64,000 bases of DNA from NCBI GenBank assembly GCA_036504735.1, contig DASXUQ010000009.1, forward strand, positions 1-64,000. The letters run 5' to 3'. Positions within the stretch are counted from its first letter, which is position 1; each line of letters begins with the position of its first letter. A model generated the notes under the pieces. That model had not been told where the DNA came from. It searched no databases and was given only the letters and a program-made list of their open reading frames with translations. Of the stretch, positions 45,531 to 56,900 are shown piece by piece. A program made the translations under genes and the position numbers. Source of the DNA: a bacterium. GTDB taxonomy: Bacteria; Electryoneota; RPQS01.

Positions 45531-48449
45531 ATGAAGACAAGAATTCTATGGTTTACAGGTCTTGGATTTCTGATTAGCGCGTTGACCGTTTTCGCAGCGA
45601 CGGCGGTCATCCACAACATCGCGAATGGAACATCTCCGAAGCCTGCGGAACCACAAGCCGTGCAACTGGGCGTCTCAATTCCCCAGTTATCTCAGACAAC
45701 ACCTGGAAGTGTGCCTTCCTCTACCCTTGACGCCGCCGCGTCAAAAATTATTGCCGACAAGAGTGAACTGCGCAGTGTGCTGGCACAGATTCAGGCTGCC
45801 AAGCGCGCAGGCCAAAGGCCCGGCAGCGATTTGTACCGCCGTCTGCAGGATATGGTCCCGGCATCGCCCCGCAGAGGTGGCCATCTGGACCAGGGCGGCG
45901 AAGCCTGCGCCAGCGCCGCCGTGATTCCTTCCGTGCCGTATTCGGATTTCGGAACGACCACCGGCTATCAGGACAACCTGCCCGAGTGTGACGGCAGCGG
46001 CAATGCGCCGGACGTGGTGTATTCCTTTACGCCGTCCGTCAGCGGCGACTATCACATCAGCCTTTGCGGATCCTCGTACGACACCAAACTCTTTGTGTAC
46101 GAAGGTACCTGCACCGGCACGCCCATCGCCTGCAATGACGACGGCGTGGCGTGCGGCGATGTCTCGTCGGATCTTCCGCGCGTGACGCTGAACGGCGGAA
46201 CGACGTACTACATTATCGTGGACGGTTGGGATGGAAGTTTCGGCGATTACGCCTTCCTGCTCGAAGAAGTGGCACCCCCGCCCACCGGCGATGTCTGCGC
46301 CGACCCCATCGTTATTCCCAGTCTGCCCTTCAGTGTAGAAAACGCGTGGACCTGCGGCTTCAATAATGACTATTCCGGCTCGACCTGTCTGGGAAGCGCC
46401 GATAGCGGCCCCGATGTTGTCTACACGTTTACCTTGACCACGGCATCGTCGGTAGAAATTATTCTGAACGCCCATCCGTCGACGACTCCTCCCATGGAAC
46501 AGTATGTCTGGCCGGGCGTCCTGCTCAGCGACCATTGCCCGCCGGATTGGAATTGCCTTGCCTCCGCCTCGAACATGACGGCTGACCTCCTGTATCTGCC
46601 GTGCCAGGCGCTTCAGGCTGGAACGTACTATGTGGTCGTCGACAATGCCAACATGTTCCAGGCCTGTTACAGCTACGATCTCACCATCCGGAACTGCGGC
46701 CCCTGCACCGTTACCAGCCATCCCGGCGACGTCGCCGAAGTGACGGAGCCGTTTCCGGTTCCGGGGACATTCTCGGTGAACGATCCCAACGGCGGCTGCA
46801 ACAATGCGAGCCCTTACCTTCCACGGTACCAGACCGTTACGAGCGGCGAGACGGTTTATGGCCGCACGTTCTTCTACACGGATTCCATCACCGGCTCTCT
46901 CAAAGCGGATACCGACTGGTACCGTCTGCTGGTGACCACACCGTCCACGGTGACGTGCACATATGCCGGCGAATCCCTGCTGCGTATCGCCATAATTCAG
47001 CCGCCGTGCCCCGGGGTGATTGTTCTGAACGGAGTGCCCTCCACGCCGTGCAATGCCGGAACGATTTCCTCCTGTATGGAACCGGGTGAATATTACATTC
47101 GCATCAGCCGCGGCGGTCCGCAAACCGGGCCGGATGCCCAGACGTTTGCCTATCGCGCGTCGTTCAGTTTGACTCCGTGCCAGTTGCCGCTGGGCCGCTG
47201 CTGCTATTCCGGGACCTGCGCCACCAACACCCATCCCGAGTGCGTGGCCCTGACCGGAACCTGGTTTGCCGGTCTGACGTGTGATACCCCCTGCCCGGTG
47301 ATTCCGCCCAATGACAATTGCCAGAATGCCGGCACCCCCGCCTCCCTGCCCGCGACCTTTACGGGCAACAACATCAATGCCACCAACGACTGCCCGTTGT
47401 ATGAAGGCGATCCGCAGGTTTGGCATGTGTTCACCACCACCGAGGCGCAGGATATTCAGGTTGACTATTGCGGCACGCAGAACTTCCACAGCTTCAATCC
47501 CTACCTGTATCAGGGATGCCCCTGCGGATCGCGGGTGATGCTGGACCTCGTCGACTGGGGCCTCTGTTCCCCCACCGCCATGACCGGAATCTGGCGCAAT
47601 CTGCCCGCCGGCACGTGGTACATTTCGGTCACCCTGTACAATCCCAACAGCATCGGGGATTACACGATCCATGTTAATTCCATTCCCAGCGGACCGCCGG
47701 CCAATGATGAATGCACCGCGGCCACGCCGATCACGCTGGTTCCGAATGGTCAGGTCACGGTGACCGGATCGACGATCAATGCCACGGTCAGTTGCTCGAA
47801 CATCTGCAACGAAGGCGGCTTCGACTACACCTCCTCGGGCGGCGACGTGTTCTATTCGCTGACGCTGACGGAGTGCCGCCGGATTGCCATGGCCCTGGGC
47901 ATCGGTGACATGCATATCGCCGTCTATCAAGGCGTGGCGCAGTGCTGCACCGGACCGGCTTTGCTCTGCAACGACGACGACGCTCACTTCCTGCCGCTGC
48001 CGGCATGGGATGTGCCCGCGCAGCATCCGGGAGAATCGCGTTCGTATGTGGCCGCTTCGTTGAATCCGGGCGTTTACCTGATTCGCGTGGCCAAGTATGC
48101 GTCGCAGTCCGGCGCGTACACGCTGACCGTGTATGATAACGGTCCGTGCTGTCTGCCTCCCGCGGCCAACGATGTCGCGGTCCTGCGCGTCAACAACACG
48201 GTCGACGTTCGCTGGAGCACCGATGCCGCGTCTGCCACACGTGGAACGTACCGCATTTACTCCAACACGAACGACATGCCGGTGGGTGATCCGAGCTGGA
48301 CCATTGTCGCGGACAATATCGTCCCGGTGGTTGGTCAGCATCACCCCTACTACAGCGCGCCGTTCGCCGCGGACGAGCGCCGGTTCTACTACGTCACCGG
48401 AATTTGCAATGAAGCATTTACCGGGACGTCCACCACATCCAAACCATAA
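45531..48449 (+). CDS. large secreted Cys-rich protein with repeated PPC-like domains (no T9SS tail)
   Basis: Signal peptide. At least 5 repeats of the pattern Y.f.l...CgssyDT.L.VY.G.C.g...ACNDD. Confidence 0.65.
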   Translation: MKTRILWFTGLGFLISALTVFAATAVIHNIANGTSPKPAEPQAVQLGVSIPQLSQTTPGSVPSSTLDAAASKIIADKSELRSVLAQIQAAKRAGQRPGSDLYRRLQDMVPASPRRGGHLDQGGEACASAAVIPSVPYSDFGTTTGYQDNLPECDGSGNAPDVVYSFTPSVSGDYHISLCGSSYDTKLFVYEGTCTGTPIACNDDGVACGDVSSDLPRVTLNGGTTYYIIVDGWDGSFGDYAFLLEEVAPPPTGDVCADPIVIPSLPFSVENAWTCGFNNDYSGSTCLGSADSGPDVVYTFTLTTASSVEIILNAHPSTTPPMEQYVWPGVLLSDHCPPDWNCLASASNMTADLLYLPCQALQAGTYYVVVDNANMFQACYSYDLTIRNCGPCTVTSHPGDVAEVTEPFPVPGTFSVNDPNGGCNNASPYLPRYQTVTSGETVYGRTFFYTDSITGSLKADTDWYRLLVTTPSTVTCTYAGESLLRIAIIQPPCPGVIVLNGVPSTPCNAGTISSCMEPGEYYIRISRGGPQTGPDAQTFAYRASFSLTPCQLPLGRCCYSGTCATNTHPECVALTGTWFAGLTCDTPCPVIPPNDNCQNAGTPASLPATFTGNNINATNDCPLYEGDPQVWHVFTTTEAQDIQVDYCGTQNFHSFNPYLYQGCPCGSRVMLDLVDWGLCSPTAMTGIWRNLPAGTWYISVTLYNPNSIGDYTIHVNSIPSGPPANDECTAATPITLVPNGQVTVTGSTINATVSCSNICNEGGFDYTSSGGDVFYSLTLTECRRIAMALGIGDMHIAVYQGVAQCCTGPALLCNDDDAHFLPLPAWDVPAQHPGESRSYVAASLNPGVYLIRVAKYASQSGAYTLTVYDNGPCCLPPAANDVAVLRVNNTVDVRWSTDAASATRGTYRIYSNTNDMPVGDPSWTIVADNIVPVVGQHHPYYSAPFAADERRFYYVTGICNEAFTGTSTTSKP

Positions 48450-48518
48450 ACCACGCATCTATACGGCGATGGACATGGTGACGACCGTGGAATCTTTATG
48501 GCTTGATCTCTGAATAAG

Positions 48519-48556
48519 CAGCGACCGGAGTCGTCACTCCGGTCGCTGTCTTGTTC
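48519..48556 (+). terminator. rho-independent terminator
   Basis: agcgaccggag tcgtcac tccggtcgct gtcttgtt. Confidence 0.6.
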
Positions 48557-48586
48557 CCCAGGCTTATTTTTTCGAGAAGGAGTAAC

Positions 48587-50563
48587 GTGCGCGACTTCAC
48601 GCTGTACCTGATCTTTGCACTGACTTGCCTGACTGCGCCGCGTGTTCTTGCCCAACCGGATACTCTCTGGTCGGCGCGAGTCACCGCGACCGGAAACCCC
48701 GCGATTTACAGCGCGATCAACCATTCCAGCGGTGATCTGATCCTGGTGGGTGAAACCAATCCCGGGCTGCCGTCATCCAATTTTCTGATTTCCCGCTTAA
48801 GCCCCGCCGGCGCAGTCGTGTGGACTCGCACCTTTGGCGGTTCAAGCAACGATGCCGCCTACTCTTGCGTTGAACTTCCGGACGGAAATCTGGTCGTGGC
48901 AGGCGGATTCGGCGGTAATGCTATTCAACTTATGGCGCTGAGCACTTCAGGTGACAGCCTGTGGAGCCGTGCCTATGCCAATGGGACTACTTCGACTGTC
49001 TGCGACATCACGCTCCTGCATGACGGGACCATCGCGGTGGTGGGCACGCGGCTCGCATCGGACACCGTGCGGTCCGATCTCTGGCTGCTCAAATGCACGG
49101 CCAGTGGTGATACCGTGTGGACCCGGGTTTTTGGTGGAAGCAATTCCGACATCGGTTATCGAATCAGCGAGCGGCCGGACCGAAGCTTGCTGATGACAGG
49201 TTACTCCCGCAGTAACGGCGCGCGGGATTATGATTTCTGGCTGCTGCATACCGATTCGCTGGGAAATCCGCTCACCTCCACCCTGTATGGAAGCAGCGGG
49301 CCGGATATGTGCTACGATTTTGCAGACGGTGACAGTGTTGTTTACCTTGCCGGCAAGACCACGATTGCCAGCGCCAACCGGGGCTATCTGGCCAAGGCCA
49401 ATGGCGCGGGAGATTCTCTGTGGGCTCGCAGCTACACTCATGGCGGTGTGGAAGAACAGCTTCGCGGAATTGTGGCGCAGGAATCCGGCGAAGCCATCTG
49501 TGCCGGCTGGTCCGGCCCCAGTTGGAATGACCGGCAATGCTGGCTCTTTGCCATTACGCCTGACGGGTCCGAAAGCTGGCAGTGGGTCTATGGTCCGGCG
49601 GCAAGCGGTTTCTACGGCATCATTCCTGTCACCGCAGGCGGCTACTTGGCTTTCGGACAGATCTCCGAAGCCAATGTTCGCAAGGGCTACGCGGTGCGGT
49701 TGTCCCTCTCCCAAATTCGCGGCTCTGTGGTGGAATGGGGAACCGGCGCCGTGGTGGCAAGCGCGCGAGTAGACATCGGCGGCACAACGCAGTATGTCAT
49801 CACCGATGCGCACGGCGAGTTCCGCCTCGGCATCGTGAACGGCACCTATGACCTCACGGTGTCGGGGAGCTGCATTTCCCGCGACACTCTGAGGCAGGTT
49901 GTCGTCCCGCCCGATTCCTTTGTCACAGCGGACTTTCACGTTCGCCGCCCGCACGTCGTCTGGCTGGAATCGTCCATCAGCACCGTGGTTCACAATCATG
50001 TACGTACGACTTTGCCACTTCACATCGTAAACTCCGGCAATGGAGCGATGGACTTTGGCATCATCGCTCAGCCTGTACGGCCTGCAGGTCCCTGGCTTTC
50101 GGTGACCCCGGACACAACGCGGATTAACGCGGGTGATACCCTGACCGTGCAGGTAGAGATTGCGCCGGACACCACGGATGACGGAACCCATGAATTCTAC
50201 GGAAACCTGCTGGTCCGCACCAATTCCTGCCCCGGCAGCACGGAGACGATTCCTGTTACCGCGTTTGCCCTCAACGCCGACGGTAAGGCCGCCTTATCTC
50301 CCCAGAACTTTTCTCTGGCAGCGTATCCCAATCCGTTCAATCCCCGCACAACACTTACACTTTCTGTTCCGCAAGCGGCGCGCATCACGCTCTCGATCTA
50401 TGATATTACGGGGCGGTGCGTCGCGGTGTTGACCGATCAGCCGTTTGCACCGGGGACCTATCTTCTCCCCTTTGACGCAGGATCATTGCCGTCCGGACTC
50501 TACTTTGCACGCGTCGAAAGCGCACTGTTCACATCCACCCGAAAGCTCATGCTGCTGAAGTGA
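48587..50563 (+). CDS. secreted SBBP-repeat beta-propeller protein with CarbopepD_reg-like domain and T9SS C-terminal sorting domain
   Basis: GTG 48587 after GAAGGAG. Repeats ...TRTFGGSSNDAAYS..DG..VV.G... CTD LAAYPNPFNPRTTLTLSV...KLMLLK. Confidence 0.7.
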   Translation: MRDFTLYLIFALTCLTAPRVLAQPDTLWSARVTATGNPAIYSAINHSSGDLILVGETNPGLPSSNFLISRLSPAGAVVWTRTFGGSSNDAAYSCVELPDGNLVVAGGFGGNAIQLMALSTSGDSLWSRAYANGTTSTVCDITLLHDGTIAVVGTRLASDTVRSDLWLLKCTASGDTVWTRVFGGSNSDIGYRISERPDRSLLMTGYSRSNGARDYDFWLLHTDSLGNPLTSTLYGSSGPDMCYDFADGDSVVYLAGKTTIASANRGYLAKANGAGDSLWARSYTHGGVEEQLRGIVAQESGEAICAGWSGPSWNDRQCWLFAITPDGSESWQWVYGPAASGFYGIIPVTAGGYLAFGQISEANVRKGYAVRLSLSQIRGSVVEWGTGAVVASARVDIGGTTQYVITDAHGEFRLGIVNGTYDLTVSGSCISRDTLRQVVVPPDSFVTADFHVRRPHVVWLESSISTVVHNHVRTTLPLHIVNSGNGAMDFGIIAQPVRPAGPWLSVTPDTTRINAGDTLTVQVEIAPDTTDDGTHEFYGNLLVRTNSCPGSTETIPVTAFALNADGKAALSPQNFSLAAYPNPFNPRTTLTLSVPQAARITLSIYDITGRCVAVLTDQPFAPGTYLLPFDAGSLPSGLYFARVESALFTSTRKLMLLK

Positions 50564-50787
50564 ACCGCACATCTTAGATGTTAGTCTTCTAACAGGCTCC
50601 CCAGAAGTGGGGGGCTTGTTGACTCTTAGGGGTTCGGTTGATTCGGAGGCTGCCTCAGCGGCAGCTTCTTTCACGTGTCTTGGATTCACATCTTATTAAT
50701 AAGTCTAACTATAGCAAACTTGACTCTTCAGGAGCGGCTACTTATATTGTGACCAGTCAGTCATGTTGTGACCGTGAAGTTCTAATT

Positions 50788-50803
50788 ATGACTATAAGGT
50801 CAT
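50788..50803. promoter_or_regulatory. palindrome ATGACTATAAGGTCAT upstream of TetR/efflux operon
   Basis: 5+6+5 inverted repeat 45 nt upstream of the TetR start. A second inverted repeat, tgaccagtcagtca, lies at 50749..50762. Confidence 0.4.
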
Positions 50804-50848
50804 GTTTGGCCACTTCGGTACAACTGTTCAGGGCAAAGGGAGTTCAGC

Positions 50849-51493
50849 ATGGACAAAGAGTCTCAAACACGTAAGACGATGCGGCGGGAGCAGGAATCCC
50901 AGCTCCGCCGGCGGGAAATCATGCTTGCGGCACGAACCCTGTTTATCGAAAAGGGGTTTCGCAACACGACCCTCGATGAGATCGCAGAGCAATCGGCGTT
51001 CGGGAAGGGGACGATTTACAATTACTTCGCGAACAAAGACGATCTGTTCCACGCGATTATCGATCAGTTGATTGATGAGACCTTTGCCGAGACGCGGGTG
51101 GCCATGCAACAGGCGGGAGATGATGCGCGGGCCCAAGTATCAGCCTATGCTCGAGCTTCGGTGCTCCACTTTCACACAAATAACGAAGTCTTCCTGATGA
51201 TCATGCGCGAACACAATCAGCTTGTTCCGCAGATGATGGAGAAGTTCTTCCACCGTTACCTGGAAAAGCTGACCCTTATTTCCAAACCGCTTGAAACCGG
51301 CATGCGTGCCGGAGCCATCCGGCCCGGGGATCCGCAGAAACTCGCGGCGCTGTTTGACGGCATGATCCGCACCTACTGTCTGGCAGGCAGCCAGGGGCTC
51401 TGGCCCAGCGGCAATCAATCGCCCGAAGATGCCGCCGCATTGCTGGTCTCCGTCTTCTTCGATGGAATCGAAAACAATTCTAAACAGGGATAA
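50849..51493 (+). CDS. TetR family regulator
   Basis: RREIMLAARTLFIEKGFRNTTLDEIAEQSAFGKGTIYNYF. Confidence 0.85.
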   Translation: MDKESQTRKTMRREQESQLRRREIMLAARTLFIEKGFRNTTLDEIAEQSAFGKGTIYNYFANKDDLFHAIIDQLIDETFAETRVAMQQAGDDARAQVSAYARASVLHFHTNNEVFLMIMREHNQLVPQMMEKFFHRYLEKLTLISKPLETGMRAGAIRPGDPQKLAALFDGMIRTYCLAGSQGLWPSGNQSPEDAAALLVSVFFDGIENNSKQG

Positions 51494-51497
51494 CGTT

Positions 51498-52877
51498 ATG
51501 TCGAACAGGATGCGCACCGGCAGCAAAAAGCTCCTTTGGGTAGTGTTGCTGTGTGCGGCCGTCAGTTCTTCACCGGCTGCGATGGCGGCGGATTCAACCT
51601 CCGCGGCCCCCGCCCTCACCCTCACGCTGCCCAAAGCCATTGCACTGGCCCTCGACCGCAACCGTGACGTGCGGATTGCCGGACAGGAGCGCGCCAAGGC
51701 ACAGGCGCAGGTCAGCGAAGCATGGTCCAATGCTCTGCCGCGGATCAGCGCCAGCGGCGATTACCTCCGCAATCTGCAGCTTCCGGTCATGTTCCTGCCC
51801 GCCAACTCCTCCTTCAATCCGACCAGCTCCACAAAATCGATGGCCATCGGCTCGAACAACTCGTACACGATGGGCGCGTCGTTTGCCCAGCCGCTGTACA
51901 ACCGCAAGGTGGGAGTGGCCCTTGATATTGCCAGCACGTATGAAGCCTACGCGGATCAGGCCTTTCAGGCTACGGCGGAGGATGTTACCCGCAATACCAC
52001 CAAGGCCTTCTATCGCGTGCTGCTTGCCAAAGAGCTGGTGGAAGTGAACAAGCAGGGCCTCGATGTGGTGAAGGCCAACCTGGATAATGTGCGTACGCTG
52101 CAGCAACACGGCAGCGCCGCCGAATATGATCTGCTTCGCGCCGAAGTGCAGTATGCCAACACCGAGCCGCTGCTGATTACCGCGCAGAACAGTCTCGAAC
52201 TGTCCATGAATTCCCTGAAGGCTCTGCTCGCGCTGCCGCTCGATCAGAACCTCGAACTCGACGGCGCCTTCCAGTTCGAAGCCATTCCGCCTGCAGAACT
52301 GGAAACGGCGCGGCAGAACGCCATCACCCGTAATTCGGGTTTGGCGCAGATTGCCTTGCAGGAATCGCTGGCCACGCAAAACATCGCCGTCGTCAGGGCG
52401 GATTACTTTCCTTCCTTAAGCCTTATCGGTTCTTATGGCTGGCAGACGCAGGATAACACCTATCAGATGAACCGCTACAAGTGGGCGAACACGCTGGCAC
52501 TGGGTCTGCACCTGTCCTATACGCTGTTCGACGGCATGGCCACCCGCTCCCGCATCGCCGAGGCCACCAGTGACCGCACCAAGCTTCAGTATCTGCGCCT
52601 GAAGGCTGAAGAAGGCTTGCGGATTCAGATCCGCACCGCCGAATCCCAGATGGAAGAGGCCGGCAAACGGATTGAAGCGCAACAGAAGAGTCTGGGGCAG
52701 GCCCAAAAGGCGCTGCAGATTTCCCAGACCCGCTACAAAAGCGGGATTGGCACCCAGCTCGAACTGCTGGACACGCAGGTGGCGATGACCCGCGCCCAGA
52801 CCAATTACTCGCAGGCGATTTACGATTATCTTACGGCGAAGGCCGACTGGCAATATTACGTGGGGAACCTTCGATGA
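51498..52877 (+). CDS. TolC-family outer membrane efflux protein
   Basis: Signal peptide. Two OEP repeats. Confidence 0.85.
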   Translation: MSNRMRTGSKKLLWVVLLCAAVSSSPAAMAADSTSAAPALTLTLPKAIALALDRNRDVRIAGQERAKAQAQVSEAWSNALPRISASGDYLRNLQLPVMFLPANSSFNPTSSTKSMAIGSNNSYTMGASFAQPLYNRKVGVALDIASTYEAYADQAFQATAEDVTRNTTKAFYRVLLAKELVEVNKQGLDVVKANLDNVRTLQQHGSAAEYDLLRAEVQYANTEPLLITAQNSLELSMNSLKALLALPLDQNLELDGAFQFEAIPPAELETARQNAITRNSGLAQIALQESLATQNIAVVRADYFPSLSLIGSYGWQTQDNTYQMNRYKWANTLALGLHLSYTLFDGMATRSRIAEATSDRTKLQYLRLKAEEGLRIQIRTAESQMEEAGKRIEAQQKSLGQAQKALQISQTRYKSGIGTQLELLDTQVAMTRAQTNYSQAIYDYLTAKADWQYYVGNLR

Positions 52878-53971
52878 GCCATCTGTGCATGAAACCGAGG
52901 AACAGAACCTTGCTCACTATATTTTTTTCCCGTGGCCGGATGGCCGCCGTGCTGATGATCGGCGCCGCGCTGCTGAGTCTTGGCTGCAAAGGGAAAGCCT
53001 CTCCGGCCCAGGGCGCTGCGGCGGCCCCGCGGCTTGTGCCGGTCGAAACCGCTACCGTACAGCGCGAGAATCTGTCGCTGACAAAGACCTATTCCGGATC
53101 CCTTGAAGGCGAAGAGCAGGCCAATCTGGTGGCGAAAATTCCCGAGCGGGTTACCGCCATCAAGCTTCAGGTCGGAGACCATGTCTCGCAGGGGCAGGTC
53201 TGCATCACCCTTGATAAGAGCGGATCTTCCTCTCAATATTTTCAGGCCGAGGCCAACTTCAGCAATGCGTCCAAGACGCTCGAGCGGATGAAATCGCTGT
53301 TTACCGAAGGCGCGATTTCACAGCAGGCTCTGGACGGAACGCAGACCGCCTATGATATCGCCAAGGCGAATTTCGAAAGTGCGCGCAGCACGGTGGAACT
53401 GTCCTCGCCCATCGCCGGGATCGTAACCGCGATTAATGTGACGGTGGGCGATCTGGCCAATCCCGGCGTGGTGCTGGCCACCGTGGCCCGCAATGAGCGG
53501 ATGAAAGTCATCTTCAACCTGAATGAAACCGATGTTGCCGATCTGGCGGTCGGACAAAAGGTAAAGGTTTTCGCCGACTCGCGCCCCGACATCGTAACCG
53601 AAGGAACCATCACTCAGTTCTTCAAATCGGCGGACACCCGCTCGCGTTCCTTTGAAGTCCGCGCGATGTTCCCCAACACCAAAGATCACTGGTTCCGCCC
53701 CGGTATGTATGTCAAAGTGACTTATGACCGTGCGCCCCGCCAGAATGTGCTTACGATTCCCACCGCCGCCATTCAGAGCACGGGCGAGACCGGCCGCGTC
53801 TTTACGGTGCGCAACGGGCGCGCGTTCAGCACGTCTGTGACCTCGGGCGTAGCCAACGATGAGAAGACCGAAATTGTCAACGGCCTTGCCGAGCGGGACA
53901 CCGTGGTCGTCGTCGGCGCCAACGACCTGCAGGATAGCGCCTATGTGTCGATTGCCGGATCATCCAAATAG
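52874..53971 (+). CDS. RND efflux periplasmic adaptor (MFP/HlyD family)
   Basis: ATGA overlap with the TolC gene. Lipoyl/beta-barrel adaptor blocks. Confidence 0.8.
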   Translation: MSHLCMKPRNRTLLTIFFSRGRMAAVLMIGAALLSLGCKGKASPAQGAAAAPRLVPVETATVQRENLSLTKTYSGSLEGEEQANLVAKIPERVTAIKLQVGDHVSQGQVCITLDKSGSSSQYFQAEANFSNASKTLERMKSLFTEGAISQQALDGTQTAYDIAKANFESARSTVELSSPIAGIVTAINVTVGDLANPGVVLATVARNERMKVIFNLNETDVADLAVGQKVKVFADSRPDIVTEGTITQFFKSADTRSRSFEVRAMFPNTKDHWFRPGMYVKVTYDRAPRQNVLTIPTAAIQSTGETGRVFTVRNGRAFSTSVTSGVANDEKTEIVNGLAERDTVVVVGANDLQDSAYVSIAGSSK

Positions 53972-53988
53972 GGTCAACGGGTCCCGTT

Positions 53989-56900
53989 ATGAAGCTTTCT
54001 GATGTTTCGATTCAGCGCCCCGTTTTCGCCACGATGATGATCATGGCGCTCATTGTGCTGGGCCTGTTCTCCTATGTTAAACTGAATATTGATCAGTATC
54101 CGGACGTCGACTTCCCGTTTGTCACTATCACCGCCGTACTACCCGGAGCCGGCCCGGAGCAAGTCGAAACCGATGTGACCAAGAAGATCGAGGACGCAGT
54201 CAATACCATCGGCGGTATTGATCACATCCAATCCATCTCGCAGGAAGGCGTCGCGATTATCGTCGTCCAGTTCAAGCTGGAAGTGGACGGACGCCAGGCG
54301 GCACAGGAGGTGCGCGAGAAGATTGCCGCCATCAGCTCCGATCTGCCGGACGATCTCGAAGATCCGGTGGTGCAGCGGATTGATCCTGCCAGTACGCCGA
54401 TCTTTAACCTGACGGTGGCGGGAAACCGTTCCGAAAAAGAGATCACCACCTACACCAAGAACGTCATCAAGAAGCGTCTGGAAAATGTTCCGGGTGTCGG
54501 TCGGGTGGATCTGGTAGGCGGCGCCGAACGCGAGATTCAGGTGGAGGTGGATGCCGCCCGCTTGCAGGCCTATAACCTCTCCATTCAGGACGTCATCCAG
54601 AGCGTCACCAGTTCCAACATGGAAGTCCCGGCGGGAAATCTGACCCAAGGATCGCGGCAGATTCTGCTGCGCACGATGGGCAAGTTCATCCGCGTGGAAG
54701 ACTTCAACCATGTGGTGGTGGCGACTCCCGGCGGCAAGCCGGTCTACCTGTCCGAAGTCGCCCGCGTGGTGGACGGCGTCAAAGAGCAGACCAGCCTGAC
54801 GCGGCAAAACGGAAAGATTGCGGTCGGTCTCAGCATCCTGAAGCAGTCCGGCAGCAATACCGTGCGTGTCGCCGAAGCCCTGCAGCGTCAGGTCGCCGCC
54901 ATTCAAAAGGAATTGCCGTCCGACCTCACGCTCAGCATTGCCCGCGACAACAGCACCCGCATCCGGGATATGGTCGGCGACGTGCTGTTCGACATTTTCT
55001 ACGGCGGTCTGCTCGCCGTAGTCGTGGTCTTCCTGTTTCTGGCCAATCTACGCGCCACCATCATCAGCGCCATTGCTCTGCCGACCTCGATCATCGCCAG
55101 CTTCATTGTGATGTCCGCGCTGCATTTTACGCTGAACATGATGTCGCTGTTGGCGCTCTCACTGGCGGTAGGACTCTTGATTGACGATGCGATTGTGGTC
55201 ATCGAGAACATTTACCGGCACATGCAAATGGGGGAAACTCCCATGCAGGCGGCCAAGGCGGCAACCTCCGAAATCGGACTCGCGGTCATGGCCACCACCT
55301 TTGCCATTGTGGCCGTATTTGTGCCGGTGGCGTTCATTCCCGGCTTGATTGGCCGCTTCTTCTTTCAGTTCGGCATCACGGTCTCGGTGTCCGTGCTGGT
55401 CTCGCTCTTCGTCGCCTTCACCCTCACTCCCATGCTGGCCTCCCGCTGGCTTCACAAGGAGGATGAAGAATTGAAGAAGGACGGCAACCTGCTGCAAAAG
55501 GCGCTGTTCTATTTCAATCACTTCTTCGAGCTGCTCAGCCACCGCTACCAGCGGGCCGTTGCCTGGTCGCTGCAGCATCGCAAGACCGTGCTCGTCGGCT
55601 CCATTGCGGTGTTCGTGGCCAGCATGTTTTTTATGCGGTTCCTCGGTTCCGCCTTCTTTCCCAATTCCGATCAAAGCGAGCTGACGGTCACGGTTCAGTC
55701 GGCGCCGGGCAGCTCGCTTGCTCGCACCGCGGATATCTGCGCGCGGATCGAAACCCTGCTCTCGAGCCGTAAGGAAGTCGTCTCCACCCTTACGACCATC
55801 GGTGCGGGCAATGATCCCGTCACCAATGGCTCCATTCTTGTCAAGCTCGTGAAAAAACACGAGCGCGACAAGGGTGTCGCGCAGATTCAGGATGAACTCC
55901 GCACCGCGCTGGGCAGCATTCCCGGAGCGTCCATCAGCTTCGGCACGACCCAAGGCCCCGGCGGTGGCACCAAGCCGGTCTCCATGAGCGTGCGCGGCGA
56001 TGATCTGGGTCGGTTGACGAAGCTTGCCGATAAGGTGGAACGCATTGTGCGCGGAACCACCGGGGCGGTGGACGTCACCAACAGTCTGGAAACCTCCAAG
56101 CCGGAATTGCGGATCGTCATCGACCGCGAGCGGGCCTCCGATCTCGGCGTAAACGTCGGCCTGATTGCGTCCAGTGTGCGGGCAATGGTGGACGGCTTTG
56201 TGGCCACGCAGTATCAGGAAGGCGACGAGCAGTTCGATACCCGGATCCGTCTGAGTCAGAGCGACCGCACCTCGCTGGATGATGTGAACAATCTGACCGT
56301 CAAGAGTTCCAAGGATCTGGGCAACAATCAGAAGGCGCTGATTCCCGTCAGTGCTGTTGCAGACGTTCGTTCGGCGTCCGGCCCGTCCCGTATTAACCGC
56401 TACGACCGCCAGCGCGAGATTCGCGTCGAGGCGAATCTTTCGGGAATTCTGCTGGGTGAGGCTCTGAAAAGCATCGGCAAGGAAACGAAGAAGCTGGATG
56501 TTCCGCCGGGCTATGCGATTGGCGTAACCGGACAGGGCGAAATGCAGGCGGAAGCGTTCGCCAACATTCTGATGGCCCTTGTGCTCGCCATTGTATTTGT
56601 CTACATTGTGCTGGCCGCGCAGTTCGAGAGCTTCTCCTATCCCTTCGCCATCATGTTCTCCCTGCCCATGGCGCTCATCGGAGCCGTCTTTGCCCTCATC
56701 GCCTTCCACAGCGCGCTCTCGGTGATGTCGATGATCGGCATTATTATGCTGATGGGTCTGGTCACCAAGAACGGCATTTTGCTGGTGGACTTTGCCAATG
56801 TTCTCCGGTCACGGGGCATGGCCCGCACGGAGGCGCTGATTCAGGCCGGCGCAGCGCGACTGCGGCCGATTCTCATGACCACCTTTGCCATGATCTTCGG

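Noticed and set aside
45741-48458. 905-aa minus ORF
   Set aside because: Antisense to the PPC-repeat secreted protein. The plus frame has a signal peptide and repeated domain structure, the minus frame does not.
48947-50191. 414-aa minus ORF
   Set aside because: Antisense to the SBBP/T9SS protein.
55159-56709. 516-aa minus ORF
   Set aside because: Antisense to the RND permease.
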